A stretch of 64,000 nt of DNA from a virus. Every line of letters begins with the position of its first letter. The stretch's first letter is position 1. A model generated the notes under the pieces. The model worked only from the letters and a program-made list of their open reading frames with translations, had not been told where the DNA came from and did no database searches. This document shows positions 28,151 to 37,988 of the stretch, piece by piece. Made by a program: the position numbers and the translations under genes. Where the stretch lies: positions 6,385-70,384 of IMG/VR virus record IMGVR_UViG_3300046012_000806. The stretch is one strand, 5' to 3'.

Positions 28151-28833
28151 AGTTTTCCGCCGCCCCAGCCAATGTGTGTTTGATTAAAAAAAATCGCCAA
28201 GAGCCAGGACTATGCCCTGCCACCGCCAAAAAGAAAACTGTTTTTTCTGGCCACCGCGCCGGCCCCCAAACCGATCCCAAAACCAAAACCGTTTGGATCC
28301 CAACTTCCCGCGTTCCCCCTCTTTTATCTCTTCTTCTCCTTTCTTTCTCTTTTATTTTCTTTCTCTTTTACTTTTCTTAACAGGGAAAGGAAGGGGAGTA
28401 AAAAAGAAAAGTGGTTTTGAGCCCAGCCCAGCTTGTTTCCGCTTCCATAACAGAGCGTTATTTTTTTTGAAAGTTTCCATGCTTCGCGGACCGTTTGGCT
28501 TTGGTTTTTGGCGCTCGCCGGAAAATCCCAAAAACATCACTCCGTGCCTTTTCTTGACTTGATCAATTGACCACGGACCATTTCCCAAAACCCAATGGCC
28601 AAGCTTCCATAAGGCCAAGCTTAAAATCGTCGCCCCGCCGCTTTCTTTCTCTCCGTTTTAGGCGGCTGAGGAGAGGCGGACCGCCCGGCCCCGGCCCAAA
28701 CCCCGGCCCGCCGAGGGGCGGCGCTCTCCGGCCAACCCTGCCCCGGCAAGCCCCAAACCCCGGCCCAAAAGGCCCGCGAAAAACACCCCAAAATCAGCCC
28801 CAAAAATCACCGCGCTGACCCCAATAATTTCAC

Positions 28834-28862
28834 TTTCTTTTTCTTTTGAATGGGCGCATACT
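28834..28862 (+). promoter_or_regulatory. Phage promoter
   Basis: TTTCTT-N17-CATACT. Confidence 0.65.
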
Positions 28863-29011
28863 CCTCTTGCCCCGGCGACGGGGCGCGGGCCGGACGCCCC
28901 CAAGCATAAGGCGTCCCCCAGCCGGTAGGCAGGCGAATTGCGGACCGAAGGCTCTTGGTCCTCGCGCAATCCCTCTGAGGCCGCCCCCTTCCAAACGGGG
29001 CGCGCCAAGCC

Positions 29012-29088
29012 TGGTTTCCGGTGGGCAATGTCGAAACGCAAAAGCGTCTGCGACGGGGCGGTACCCCACGCACTGAAGAGACAAACCA
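29012..29088 (+). ncRNA. Hammerhead ribozyme, type II
   Basis: tgtc-GAAA-cgc-aaaa-gcg-TC-tgcg...cgca-CTGAAGA-gaca: complete core with three stems; predicted cleavage after C29048 (GUC). Confidence 0.9.
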
Positions 29089-29114
29089 ATCACCAACAAA
29101 ACAGGAGCGCAGAA

Positions 29115-29315
29115 ATGAAATCGCAAATCTCCATCCGGAAGGAAGCCGCCAAGGCCGACGAGCCGACGGCACGAGTCTACAAAAACACTTCCGATAACGC
29201 GGCTGCCATTGGCTGGGACCGTCTCCCGGAATACTGCATTGGCGACAGCGCACTGCCCTACGTCATCCACGATCACCGTCGGGGCTTGTTCATCTTCTCC
29301 GCAAGCCCCGCCTGA
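29115..29315 (+). CDS. First early gene, hypothetical 66 aa
   Basis: AGGAG RBS and ATG 29115. Confidence 0.55.
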   Translation: MKSQISIRKEAAKADEPTARVYKNTSDNAAAIGWDRLPEYCIGDSALPYVIHDHRRGLFIFSASPA

Positions 29316-29386
29316 CCCTTCGCAGCGCCGACCTCCGGGCCGGCGTCACGAAGCGCCATCACCAACGCTTCAAATAGGAGCAACTA

Positions 29387-29710
29387 ATGACCGGATTTGA
29401 TCAAGCCATAATCCGCCCACGCCCGCCATCGGACTTTACGCGTTTCCTTATGGCGAAAGGCTATTCGCAACATTGGTGCGTCGCGAAACGCATGACGCCT
29501 CACTTACGCGCCAAAGGAACCGAAAGCGCGATCCATCCTACCACATACAAAAAGCTCGAAATCCAATACGAGCGCATCACTGGCCGAGAAGCGTGGCGCA
29601 TCGCGAAACGCTATGAGCAAGACTATGGAATAACCATGCAACAAGCGCTCTCACGCGGGCGCGCACTCGACTACATTGGAGACGTTATCAGAGAAACCGC
29701 GCCCGCGTGA
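29387..29710 (+). CDS. Hypothetical early protein
   Basis: AGGAG RBS. Confidence 0.55.
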   Translation: MTGFDQAIIRPRPPSDFTRFLMAKGYSQHWCVAKRMTPHLRAKGTESAIHPTTYKKLEIQYERITGREAWRIAKRYEQDYGITMQQALSRGRALDYIGDVIRETAPA

Positions 29711-30201
29711 CGCTACATGGCCGTGGCGGTCTCGGCACCGGCAAAGGGCAAAAGTATGTTATGCAAGCGGACGGGCGCTGGCTGAAGATGGAGGGCTGAA
29801 ATGGAAACCGTCGTCGGAACCTATGCCGCCGCAGCGTTCTTCTTCGTGTTGACGCTGTTCTTGATCTCTCGCCAGAAGTGAGGAGAAGCCAAATGAAAAC
29901 GCATTTCGTGATCGGCAACAGAAAAGCCAAAGACGCAATTGAAAGCTTGTTGCGCAATCTAGCCATCAAGGCAGAGTATCGCGCCAAAATGGCTCTCAAG
30001 GCGCAATTGGCGGCAAAAACGCAGAAGGATGGCGCGCGCTATGCCGCCGAAATGTCGGTATGGAAAGAAATCGAAGGCTTGTACAATGAAATGGTTGTTC
30101 TTGAATAATCAATGACGCTGCTCGATTAGGCCGGTGACGCGGCCTAATCAGGAAGCGCCAGGGCTTCATAGTGCAATATCTAACCTAATGGGAGATTTCG
30201 G

Positions 30202-30441
30202 ATGACAGCTTATGCAACATTAACCGGCAAACGCAATCGGATTGCCGAAGGAAATTATGTTAGCGTCGGTTACAAACTGATAACTGTACAGCAATCACCT
30301 ACGGTTCGTAAGGATCATTTCAGCTTTTCAGTAGGTAGCTACCCTTGCGCAACTATCATAATGGACCGCGAGCAAGCTACTACGCTCGCAAAGCGTCTAA
30401 ATGATGCGCTTATCAATCCTGAGTTTATGCAAGGGGCATAA
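30202..30441 (+). CDS. Hypothetical early protein
   Basis: GGGAG RBS. Confidence 0.5.
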   Translation: MTAYATLTGKRNRIAEGNYVSVGYKLITVQQSPTVRKDHFSFSVGSYPCATIIMDREQATTLAKRLNDALINPEFMQGA

Positions 30442-30736
30442 CACCAAGACACAAGAGAGGGCGAGCGTGCATAAAAGTGAGGCTATGATGAACTACAAAA
30501 CCGAAGTCTACGACACATTTGACGGTGGCGCCTCATTCGGCTGCGCCTTTGTCCAGGACGCCACCAATGGCCGGTGGCTTGAGATCGGCCGCACGTGCAA
30601 CTTCCGCACTCACCCTTGCGCTGTGCGCGCCCGCAAGGCGGCGGACAACCTCTGCAAGCGCCACGCAAAGGCGCACGGCAAAGGCCCATTCACTCTCGTC
30701 CGCGCCTGAACAACCCATCATCAAAAGGAGCAACCC

Positions 30737-32251
30737 ATGCCAACCCACAAAGACACCGCCCAACAAGTCGCATTCCTCAACGCGCTGACCGCGACCAACC
30801 GCAACATCGCTCTGATCGCCCGCGCGGGCTGCGGCAAGACGACCGCCATTCTCCGCGCCGTGGACGAACTCGTCAAGACCCGACCCGCCGCCGAGATCAC
30901 CGTCTGCGCTTATAACAAGGCCATCGCGGAGGAAGTGAAAGCCAAGTTGATCAAGGCCGGCCACACCAACTGGAAAACGGTGCAGGCCGCGACGCTGCAC
31001 TCCATGGGCTTCGGCTTGATTAAGTTCGCGTTCAAGTCCGCCATTGACGACAAGAAAGTTCAAAAGCTGGTGGAAGGGCTGAACACCGACCTCGCGCGGT
31101 CTTACGCGCCTCAAATCGCCACTCTGGTGCGCTACGCGAAGCAAGCCGCTTTCGGCTTCTTTCCCGACAAGCCGATTGGCGACGTCACCGCCTGGCATGC
31201 GCTGGCTGATCACTTCGACGTTAACGGCCTGGACGACACGTCTGAAATGGACGAAATCGTCGGCTATGCGCAAACGGTCTACCGCGCCAGCCTGCTGAAA
31301 ACAGACGTCATTGACTTTGACGACATGATCTTGTTTCCTTTGATCAAGAACATGCGCGTCAAGTTCGGCCGTGACTATTTGTTTCTGGATGAGGCGCAAG
31401 ACCTCTCTCCGGCCCGGCAGGCCTTGGCGCGCAAGTTTCTGAAGACCGGAACCGGCCGCATGATAATCGTCGGCGACGACCGGCAGGCCATCTACGGTTT
31501 CTCTGGAGCCGATGCCGATGCGCTGCCGAACATGATCGCGCAACTCAACGCGCTCTCGCTGCCGCTCTCGGTTACTTGGCGTTGCCCAGTGGCCGTGGTC
31601 AAGGAGGCGCAACGCTTCGTGCCCGACATAACCGCCGCGCCCACTGCGCCGGAAGGCGCGGTCAACCGCTCTCCGGCCTGGACGCCGGAAGCCTTAAGCG
31701 CCTTGACCCCGCGCGACGCAATTCTTTGCCGGAACACTGCGCCGCTGATCAAGCTGGCTTACACGCTGATCCGCTCAGGCAAGCCCTGCAAGGTGGAAGG
31801 CCGCGCCGTGGGCGAAGGCTTAAAGAAGCTCACGCAGCGTTGGAAGATCAAGACCATTGACGCGCTGATCAACCGCCTGAAGGATTACCGAGAGCGCGAG
31901 ATCCAAAAGGCCAACGCAAAAGGGCAGGAAAACAAGGCCGAAGAGGTGGCCGACAAGGTTGACACGCTGCTGGAGATTTGCAGCGCCGTGCTGGCCACGT
32001 CGGCGACGAAGACGGTGGCGGACGTTGACGCCTTCATCGACAACCTATTCGCCGACGGCGCGACAAATGTGACCACCTTGGCCACGTACCACCGCGCCAA
32101 GGGCCGTGAGTGGGAGCACGTCTTTCTGTTTGAGCATGCTCAGCGTTGCCCGGCCAAGGCCGCTCGTCAGGCCTGGCAGATCAATCAAGAAAACAATCTC
32201 GCTTACGTCGCCATCACCCGCGCCATGAACACGCTCACTTACGTGGGCTAA
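30737..32251 (+). CDS. UvrD/Rep-like SF1 helicase
   Basis: ARAGCGKT, DEAQD, GDDRQAIY, TWRCP, HRAKGREW, YVAITRA. Confidence 0.9.
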   Translation: MPTHKDTAQQVAFLNALTATNRNIALIARAGCGKTTAILRAVDELVKTRPAAEITVCAYNKAIAEEVKAKLIKAGHTNWKTVQAATLHSMGFGLIKFAFKSAIDDKKVQKLVEGLNTDLARSYAPQIATLVRYAKQAAFGFFPDKPIGDVTAWHALADHFDVNGLDDTSEMDEIVGYAQTVYRASLLKTDVIDFDDMILFPLIKNMRVKFGRDYLFLDEAQDLSPARQALARKFLKTGTGRMIIVGDDRQAIYGFSGADADALPNMIAQLNALSLPLSVTWRCPVAVVKEAQRFVPDITAAPTAPEGAVNRSPAWTPEALSALTPRDAILCRNTAPLIKLAYTLIRSGKPCKVEGRAVGEGLKKLTQRWKIKTIDALINRLKDYREREIQKANAKGQENKAEEVADKVDTLLEICSAVLATSATKTVADVDAFIDNLFADGATNVTTLATYHRAKGREWEHVFLFEHAQRCPAKAARQAWQINQENNLAYVAITRAMNTLTYVG

Positions 32252-32267
32252 GCCAAAGGAGCAACCA

Positions 32268-32504
32268 ATGGCCGACAACCTGCCACAAGAATATGCGAAA
32301 TATGCGGCGAAAATAGCAGCGGCCAATCCGACGGCGTTCGCAACAAAATTTGATGCTTATAGGGCCATGAAGGAGGCCTACTCAAGGCTGAACAGTTATG
32401 AAGCGATTTATAGTTCAGGAACTGGAGGCTTTGTCTTTTACAAGGATGGCGACGGCAACATCGATCTGCTCATTTGTCCATCAATCGTATGGAGGGATTT
32501 ATGA
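32268..32504 (+). CDS. Hypothetical protein
   Basis: AAGGAG RBS. Confidence 0.5.
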   Translation: MADNLPQEYAKYAAKIAAANPTAFATKFDAYRAMKEAYSRLNSYEAIYSSGTGGFVFYKDGDGNIDLLICPSIVWRDL

Positions 32505-32673
32505 CCGCCAAGAAAACCGTCTTCATCCTTGAAACGCTCACAGCCCGGCGCTGCGAAAATTGCGGCTGTCCGCTGTGGATCGTCACGGCGGACCGCGACC
32601 TGCAGTGCCTGGACTTTTTCAGAAAGGTCTGCGCGCAGCGCCGGCCGTTGCCGGAATGCCTGGAGATTGAACA

Positions 32674-33726
32674 ATGACCAACGAATACGACGAAGCCACC
32701 CAAAAGGCCATGGACAAGATCGAGAAGCTCATGCGGCTCGCTTCGTCCAACCCCAACGAGGCCGAAGCCGCCAGTGCCCTCAGCAAGGCGCAAGAGCTTT
32801 TGGCCGCGTACAATCTTGACCTCTCAGCCATCGAGGCCAACTCCGGCGCGAGCGGCAAGCGGCTGGACGCTATGGTGACGGGCGGGATGCACCGTTACCA
32901 ACGCTCCCTCATGAAGTCAATTGCGCAGCTCAATTTCTGCATGTACTGGACTATGAAAGTTCCGGTCAAGGCCGGTTCTGCGCAGGCCAAGCGCGGTCGC
33001 CAGTTCACCCACGAGCACCGGCTCGTGGGCCGGCAGGTGAACGTCATTCAAACGCGCAACATGGCCGATTACCTGAACTCCACGATTGAGCGTTTGTGCC
33101 GCGACAAGTTGCGGGACGATGGCTTGAGTCCTCAGAGCCAGTTCTATTCGGCCTGGGCCATTGCCTTCCGCGAAGGCATCGCCGACCGGGTGATTGAAAA
33201 GCTCGTGCGCCGTCGGCGCGCAAACGTGGACGAGGAGGCGCAAAAGGCGGCGGAAGCCGCGCGGGCCGCTTCTGCGGCGGGCACGTCCTCCGCCACCGGG
33301 CTCACACTCGCTTCCCTGGTCAAGCGCGAAGAGGCCGCCAATTACGACTTCCTCCATGGGGAAGGCGCATGGGCGCGGCGCGAGGCCGAATGGGCAAGCA
33401 GCGAAAAGCTCTGGGCAGAGCGCCGCGTGCAGGAGGCCGCAGCCCGCGCGGCGGCGGAAAAGAGCTATGCCGAATGGGCCGTTGCGCACCCGGCCGAAGC
33501 TGCCCAGGCGGAAGCCGAACGCGCCGCCGCCGCCCGCAAGGCTGAGAAGGCCGAAGCCGCGAAGGCCGCGCGCCGCTCCGGCCGGCGTTACAGCTTCCGC
33601 CAAACGGGCGAGGAGTTGCGCCGCAACTCCGGCGGTTACGCGGCCGGCTACGAAGCCGGCAAGCACATCTCCATAGACCCGCAGACCAGCAACCAGAAAT
33701 CAGGAGCGCTCTCCGATGGCCGATGA
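32674..33726 (+). CDS. DUF2786-domain protein
   Basis: KIEKLMRLA..NEAEAASALSKAQELL; AFREG; GYAAG. Confidence 0.75.
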   Translation: MTNEYDEATQKAMDKIEKLMRLASSNPNEAEAASALSKAQELLAAYNLDLSAIEANSGASGKRLDAMVTGGMHRYQRSLMKSIAQLNFCMYWTMKVPVKAGSAQAKRGRQFTHEHRLVGRQVNVIQTRNMADYLNSTIERLCRDKLRDDGLSPQSQFYSAWAIAFREGIADRVIEKLVRRRRANVDEEAQKAAEAARAASAAGTSSATGLTLASLVKREEAANYDFLHGEGAWARREAEWASSEKLWAERRVQEAAARAAAEKSYAEWAVAHPAEAAQAEAERAAAARKAEKAEAAKAARRSGRRYSFRQTGEELRRNSGGYAAGYEAGKHISIDPQTSNQKSGALSDGR

Positions 33727-34078
33727 TCGTTTCATGTATGACGCGGGCGACTTATCAATCGTTTACGGCAAGCCGCGCGCCGCGCGCAACGCTAGGAGCA
33801 AACCAATGAGTGAACGCAATCAAATGTTCATCAACTTTGACCAATGGGTTTGCATGGCAAGCTCTTGGCTGACGCGCCATCCGCAATATGACAAAACGGA
33901 ATTTCGCGCAATATGTTTTGATTCGCGCGGGCGCATTTGCGCGTGCGGCAAGGACTTCATGCGGGCGCGCGACGAAAATGCATTCCCTGTCATGTGGGTC
34001 TGGCCGGACCAAGTCGCAGAATTTCTGGCCAGGTCTGAGGTGTTTTTTGATGAAGTTGTTAGGGTTGGCCCCCGATGA
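33716..34078 (+). CDS. Hypothetical protein with N-terminal RFMYDAGDL module and internal start at 33806
   Basis: AGGAG RBS before both 33716 and 33806. Confidence 0.6.
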   Translation: MADDRFMYDAGDLSIVYGKPRAARNARSKPMSERNQMFINFDQWVCMASSWLTRHPQYDKTEFRAICFDSRGRICACGKDFMRARDENAFPVMWVWPDQVAEFLARSEVFFDEVVRVGPR

Positions 34079-34953
34079 GCGCCGGCCACTTCGTCCGCTA
34101 TGTGGACAAGAACTTTTCGACGCCTAGCCTGCTCATCATTCGGCAGGCGAGCGAGATCATCGAAGAATATAAGGACATGGCGATCACGCTGCGTCAGCTG
34201 TATTATCAGTTCGTCGCGCGTGGCGTCATCCCCAACTCCGTGGCGAGCTACAATAAGCTCGGTGCATTGATCAATGACGGGCGGATGGCCGGCCTAATCT
34301 CCTGGACCGCCATCGAGGACAGAGGCCGCAACCTTATGGGCCTCAATCACTTCCCCACGCCCGAAGCCGCCATCTCCGCCGCCCGCGCCGAATACCGCAT
34401 TGACCTTTGGGCGGATCAGCCTTTCCGTCCGGAGGTGTGGGTTGAAAAGGCGGCGCTGGAAGGCGTCATCGGTTCAATCTGCAACGCCTTGCGCGTTGAC
34501 TTCTTCGCTTGCCGTGGCTACAATTCCCAAAGTGAACAATGGCGCGCCGGCCGGCGCTTCGCTCGTTACATCGCGAAGGGCCAGCGGCCGATCGTTTTCC
34601 ACCTTGGCGACCACGACCCTTCGGGCATAGACATGACGCGCGACAACCGCGAACGTCTCAGCCTATTCGCTGGTACGCCGGTGACGGTTGTGCGGCTGGC
34701 GCTCAATATGCCGCAGATTGAAGAGCTCAAGCCTCCGCCCAACCCTGCCAAGAACACGGACAGTCGCTACGCTGATTACCGCGCCGCCTTCGGCGATGAA
34801 AGTTGGGAGCTTGACGCGCTCAACCCGCGCGCCATTCAGGCGCTCATTGAAGAGGCGATAATCAAAATTCGTGACAACGCAAAGTGGGACGCGCAACTGC
34901 GGCAAGAAGCCGAAGACAAGATTTACCTTGACGAACTGATCGGGAGAGAGTGA
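34075..34953 (+). CDS. Topoisomerase VI-A/Spo11-like WHD-Toprim protein
   Basis: TLRQLYY, VWVEK, GDHDPSG, ELDAL. Confidence 0.75.
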   Translation: MSAGHFVRYVDKNFSTPSLLIIRQASEIIEEYKDMAITLRQLYYQFVARGVIPNSVASYNKLGALINDGRMAGLISWTAIEDRGRNLMGLNHFPTPEAAISAARAEYRIDLWADQPFRPEVWVEKAALEGVIGSICNALRVDFFACRGYNSQSEQWRAGRRFARYIAKGQRPIVFHLGDHDPSGIDMTRDNRERLSLFAGTPVTVVRLALNMPQIEELKPPPNPAKNTDSRYADYRAAFGDESWELDALNPRAIQALIEEAIIKIRDNAKWDAQLRQEAEDKIYLDELIGRE

Positions 34954-35099
34954 TGTGGCTCGTCAGTATTGTTGCAGGGTTGGGGAATGCGCTCCTCGGT
35001 GGAGTCGCCGTGGGGGAGGCGCAATTCGCATTGGGGGCATGGCTCATAGCTTCCGGCGCATTACTGATTATTTGGGCGCTTGAATAAGGGAGGACGAAA

Positions 35100-35258
35100 A
35101 TGAATAAGCCTGCTGATCCGCCAAAAAATAAACCTTTACCCAAGGCGCGAAGAGAGGAATTAGTTCGCCAAGCGAACGCTTCCGCCGCCCGCGCCCTGCG
35201 CCAAGGTTACAGCCGCAAGCCAACCCTCGCCAAATTGAAGTTCATGGGAGAGAAATGA
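35100..35258 (+). CDS. 52-aa basic peptide ending PTLAKLKFMGEK
   Basis: Not in ORF track; GGAGG RBS; ATGA coupling to the Fic gene. Confidence 0.6.
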   Translation: MNKPADPPKNKPLPKARREELVRQANASAARALRQGYSRKPTLAKLKFMGEK

Positions 35259-35740
35259 TGAACCCAATGCCTGACCGCACGACATACGATGACATCATTG
35301 ATTTTGTCCGGGAGAGCAATCGGATCGAAGGGATACACCGCGATCCGTCGCGCGCCGAAGTCGAGGCGACTAGAGATTTTGTCGCGTTGCCAGCACTGAA
35401 CATTCTCAATGTCTGCAACCTCGTGACCGTCTATGCGCCGGGCAACCGCCTTCGCGATATGGTGGGTATAAACGTCCAAGTTGGCGACCATGTTGCGCCC
35501 CCAGGTGGCCCGGAGATACGCGTAGCGCTGAATCGCCTTCTCGTCCGCGCCATAGTTGCTGACGATCCGTGGGCGGTCCATTGCGATTATGAAAATCTGC
35601 ATCCTTTCACTGACGGCAACGGCCGATCCGGCCGCGCGATTTGGCTTTGGCAAATGCGTAAAGCGCCAATCGGGTTCCTTCACGCCTTCTATTACCAGAC
35701 GCTTGAACATCTCTCCTCGCCAAAGGACTCTCCCCGATGA
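35255..35740 (+). CDS. Fic-domain AMPylase
   Basis: Canonical HPFTDGNGRSGR; N-terminal ESNRIEG (SxxxEG inhibitory motif). Confidence 0.9.
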   Translation: MMNPMPDRTTYDDIIDFVRESNRIEGIHRDPSRAEVEATRDFVALPALNILNVCNLVTVYAPGNRLRDMVGINVQVGDHVAPPGGPEIRVALNRLLVRAIVADDPWAVHCDYENLHPFTDGNGRSGRAIWLWQMRKAPIGFLHAFYYQTLEHLSSPKDSPR

Positions 35741-36096
35741 TTGAACTCGATCCGAAAGCGCTGGAAGCTGCTGCGCGAGCAATTTGTCCCATGCCGATGA
35801 GCGGTAAGCGCGAAGATCAACAATGGGAATTGTACATTGACGACGCTCGCGCCGCTATTTCCGCCTATCTGGCAGAGCGGGAGACGCAGGGGTGGCCGGA
35901 GGAAATGAAACACATGCCGCGTATGTCTGCGGTCCGCGTTCAGGCAACGGACTATTCCTACGAGGGTCGCATGGTTACAGCTTTTGCTAAGATTCCAAAA
36001 GAATGGCATCGCGTCTCTGTCATCCGATGTGTTGTCGAAGATGATCGTGGGCGGTTGTTTATTCACAACCCTGCGCAGCTTTCGCTTCTCGCCTAA
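35737..36096 (+). CDS. Hypothetical protein
   Basis: ATGA overlap with the Fic gene. Confidence 0.5.
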   Translation: MIELDPKALEAAARAICPMPMSGKREDQQWELYIDDARAAISAYLAERETQGWPEEMKHMPRMSAVRVQATDYSYEGRMVTAFAKIPKEWHRVSVIRCVVEDDRGRLFIHNPAQLSLLA

Positions 36097-36157
36097 CGAG
36101 CGAAGGCTGATCCGACCACGATCTCGATAACCCTTAGGCCATGGATGGAGCATTGTC

Positions 36158-36379
36158 ATGAATCGTGATCGCAACCGAATCAGGGGCGTCGCTGCCCGCG
36201 CTGTATTGCATGGCGTGGGGTTTAAGAACAGACACGAATTAAATCCTCGCATTAGTGAGGCCGAGCGTATTGCTTTGTTGATGTTGGAGTCACGTAAGCA
36301 TCGGGCATCGATCCGTAAACCCAAACCCCCAACACTAGCCAAATTAAAATTTATGGGTGAACTAACCGGGGACAAGTGA
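36158..36379 (+). CDS. Basic peptide with PTLAKLKFMGE motif
   Basis: GGAG RBS; motif shared with the 35100 ORF. Confidence 0.55.
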   Translation: MNRDRNRIRGVAARAVLHGVGFKNRHELNPRISEAERIALLMLESRKHRASIRKPKPPTLAKLKFMGELTGDK

Positions 36380-36709
36380 TGCGGGTGCATTTCCAGTGGG
36401 CAACCGAGCGGAGAGCCGCGTGAGCGATCAGCACTTTCAAATCGGCGCAACGACTTATTCGGTCAACGAGCACGGCGTGCGGATCGAGCACACAGCATGG
36501 CGGCCGTCTCGGCTGGACGAACATGGCCGATGCTGCGGCAGGAAGCCGCTTGAATACAAGACCGGCGGCAGGCATTTTATCTGCATCAGGTGCGACCGCG
36601 AATACAAGCCAACCGGAGCGCAGCGGCCGAATTGGGTCTACGCGCTCGACGACATGTACGTCTATACGCGCAACAAGCTTATTCCGGCCTGATAAGGGAG
36701 GCTCTTTCG

Positions 36710-37117
36710 ATGAATGACGCAGCCAACGACAAATCTCCGCCAGAGAAGGCGGCAATAGAGGCGCTGATTGAGCGGTTGCGTGGCAGCGCCATCACGTTAC
36801 GCGACAATATGTACGACTACGACTCAGAATCCTCCGTAATGGAGGAAGCCGCCGACGCACTCTCCCGCATGGCCGGGGAGGCGAGGATCGTGGTGCGGTG
36901 GGAGGATGCTGGCGATCCTGTGCCAGGGCAACTTTATGCGTTTGTTGGTAGCATCGAAGTCGGACGGATAAGCGAGACGGCATACGACCATTGGAATGCA
37001 ACATTAACGATTGGCAAGAGCGAAAAATATCTTGGCGTGTTCCCGGACGAATCCACCGCCCGCGCCGCCGTCGCCCATGCCGCGATAGAAGCCCTGACGA
37101 AGGGAGGGGAGAAATGA
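36710..37117 (+). CDS. Hypothetical protein
   Basis: GGAGG RBS, ATG 36710. Confidence 0.5.
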   Translation: MNDAANDKSPPEKAAIEALIERLRGSAITLRDNMYDYDSESSVMEEAADALSRMAGEARIVVRWEDAGDPVPGQLYAFVGSIEVGRISETAYDHWNATLTIGKSEKYLGVFPDESTARAAVAHAAIEALTKGGEK

Positions 37118-37316
37118 GACGGAACGAACTCTGCCAATGCTGCAAGCGCGAATGCGTCGAAATCATTGACGGATGGAATTCAAGCCAATGCGGACGCTGT
37201 AACGACCGCGATATAGAGTACTCCAACAAACGACGCGAATGGGATTACTACCACCCCGGCCAGCCATGTCCTAAGTCAGAACTGCCGATAGAAGCCCTGA
37301 CGATGGGAGGGGAGAA
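37083..37316. repeat. 31-bp direct repeats (37083-37113, 37286-37316) flanking a small gene
   Basis: cgatagaagccctgacga(a/t)gggaggggagaa, one mismatch. Confidence 0.9.
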
Positions 37317-37326
37317 CAATGGCTGA
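37114..37326 (+). CDS. Small Cys-rich (zinc-finger-like) protein
   Basis: CQCC..C..CGRC; RBS supplied by the repeat. Confidence 0.55.
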   Translation: MRRNELCQCCKRECVEIIDGWNSSQCGRCNDRDIEYSNKRREWDYYHPGQPCPKSELPIEALTMGGENNG

Positions 37327-37657
37327 TTTTGACCCTGATGAATGCGAGGCCGTTTTCGCGAAAGCATTTGGCCCAAAGATGACCGACCCCAAAGACGCCT
37401 ACATAGCCGAACTCGAAAGCCACCTTGGCGAAATGCAAGCTACGGTTGCGCACGGAATGACACGAGAGCAATCCCTCCGCGCCCAACTCGCCGCAACACA
37501 GCAACAGTTACGCGAGGCGGTTGATGTCATCGACGGCCTGTGTCGCTATGCCGACGAATACAATGTTGACGCACGCACTTACGCGGCTCTCGGTAAAGCG
37601 CGGGCCATCCGTTCCCGCGCCACTGTCGAGCGCGAAGCCAAGATAGAGGGGAAGTAG
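37319..37657 (+). CDS. Hypothetical coiled-coil protein
   Basis: RBS lies in the second repeat copy. Confidence 0.5.
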   Translation: MADFDPDECEAVFAKAFGPKMTDPKDAYIAELESHLGEMQATVAHGMTREQSLRAQLAATQQQLREAVDVIDGLCRYADEYNVDARTYAALGKARAIRSRATVEREAKIEGK

Positions 37658-37988
37658 GATGTACGGAAATCAATTACCGTGGCTTATGCTCATAGGTGGG
37701 TCGTTTGGTTTTGGCATCGGTGTATTCGGAATGCTGATAGCCTACCTATGCGGCTTTCGTCTGTAAGAAATCAGGAACCTGCAAATCCACGACTGGATAA
37801 TAAGGAGAAAGAAAAATGAAATGGTTGTGCAAGATATTCGGCCACACATGGGCATTCGATCGCAACGAACCGGGGCCAAACGGCTGGTGGTGGGAATTTT
37901 CAAAATGTGATCGCGAATGCGGAGCAGAAAGCCGCATGCTGGTAGCGAGTCCTCGTGGGTGATACTTCGAGTTAGAAAGGACAAACCA

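Noticed and set aside
30533-31612. Long antisense ORFs (also 23902-24870, 12565-13455, 4350-5219, 53941-54696)
   Set aside because: Opposite well-supported genes; expected artefacts in GC-rich DNA
34075-34953. Wadjet JetD or a full topoisomerase VI
   Set aside because: No JetABC or TopoVI-B partner in the window; stand-alone Toprim protein
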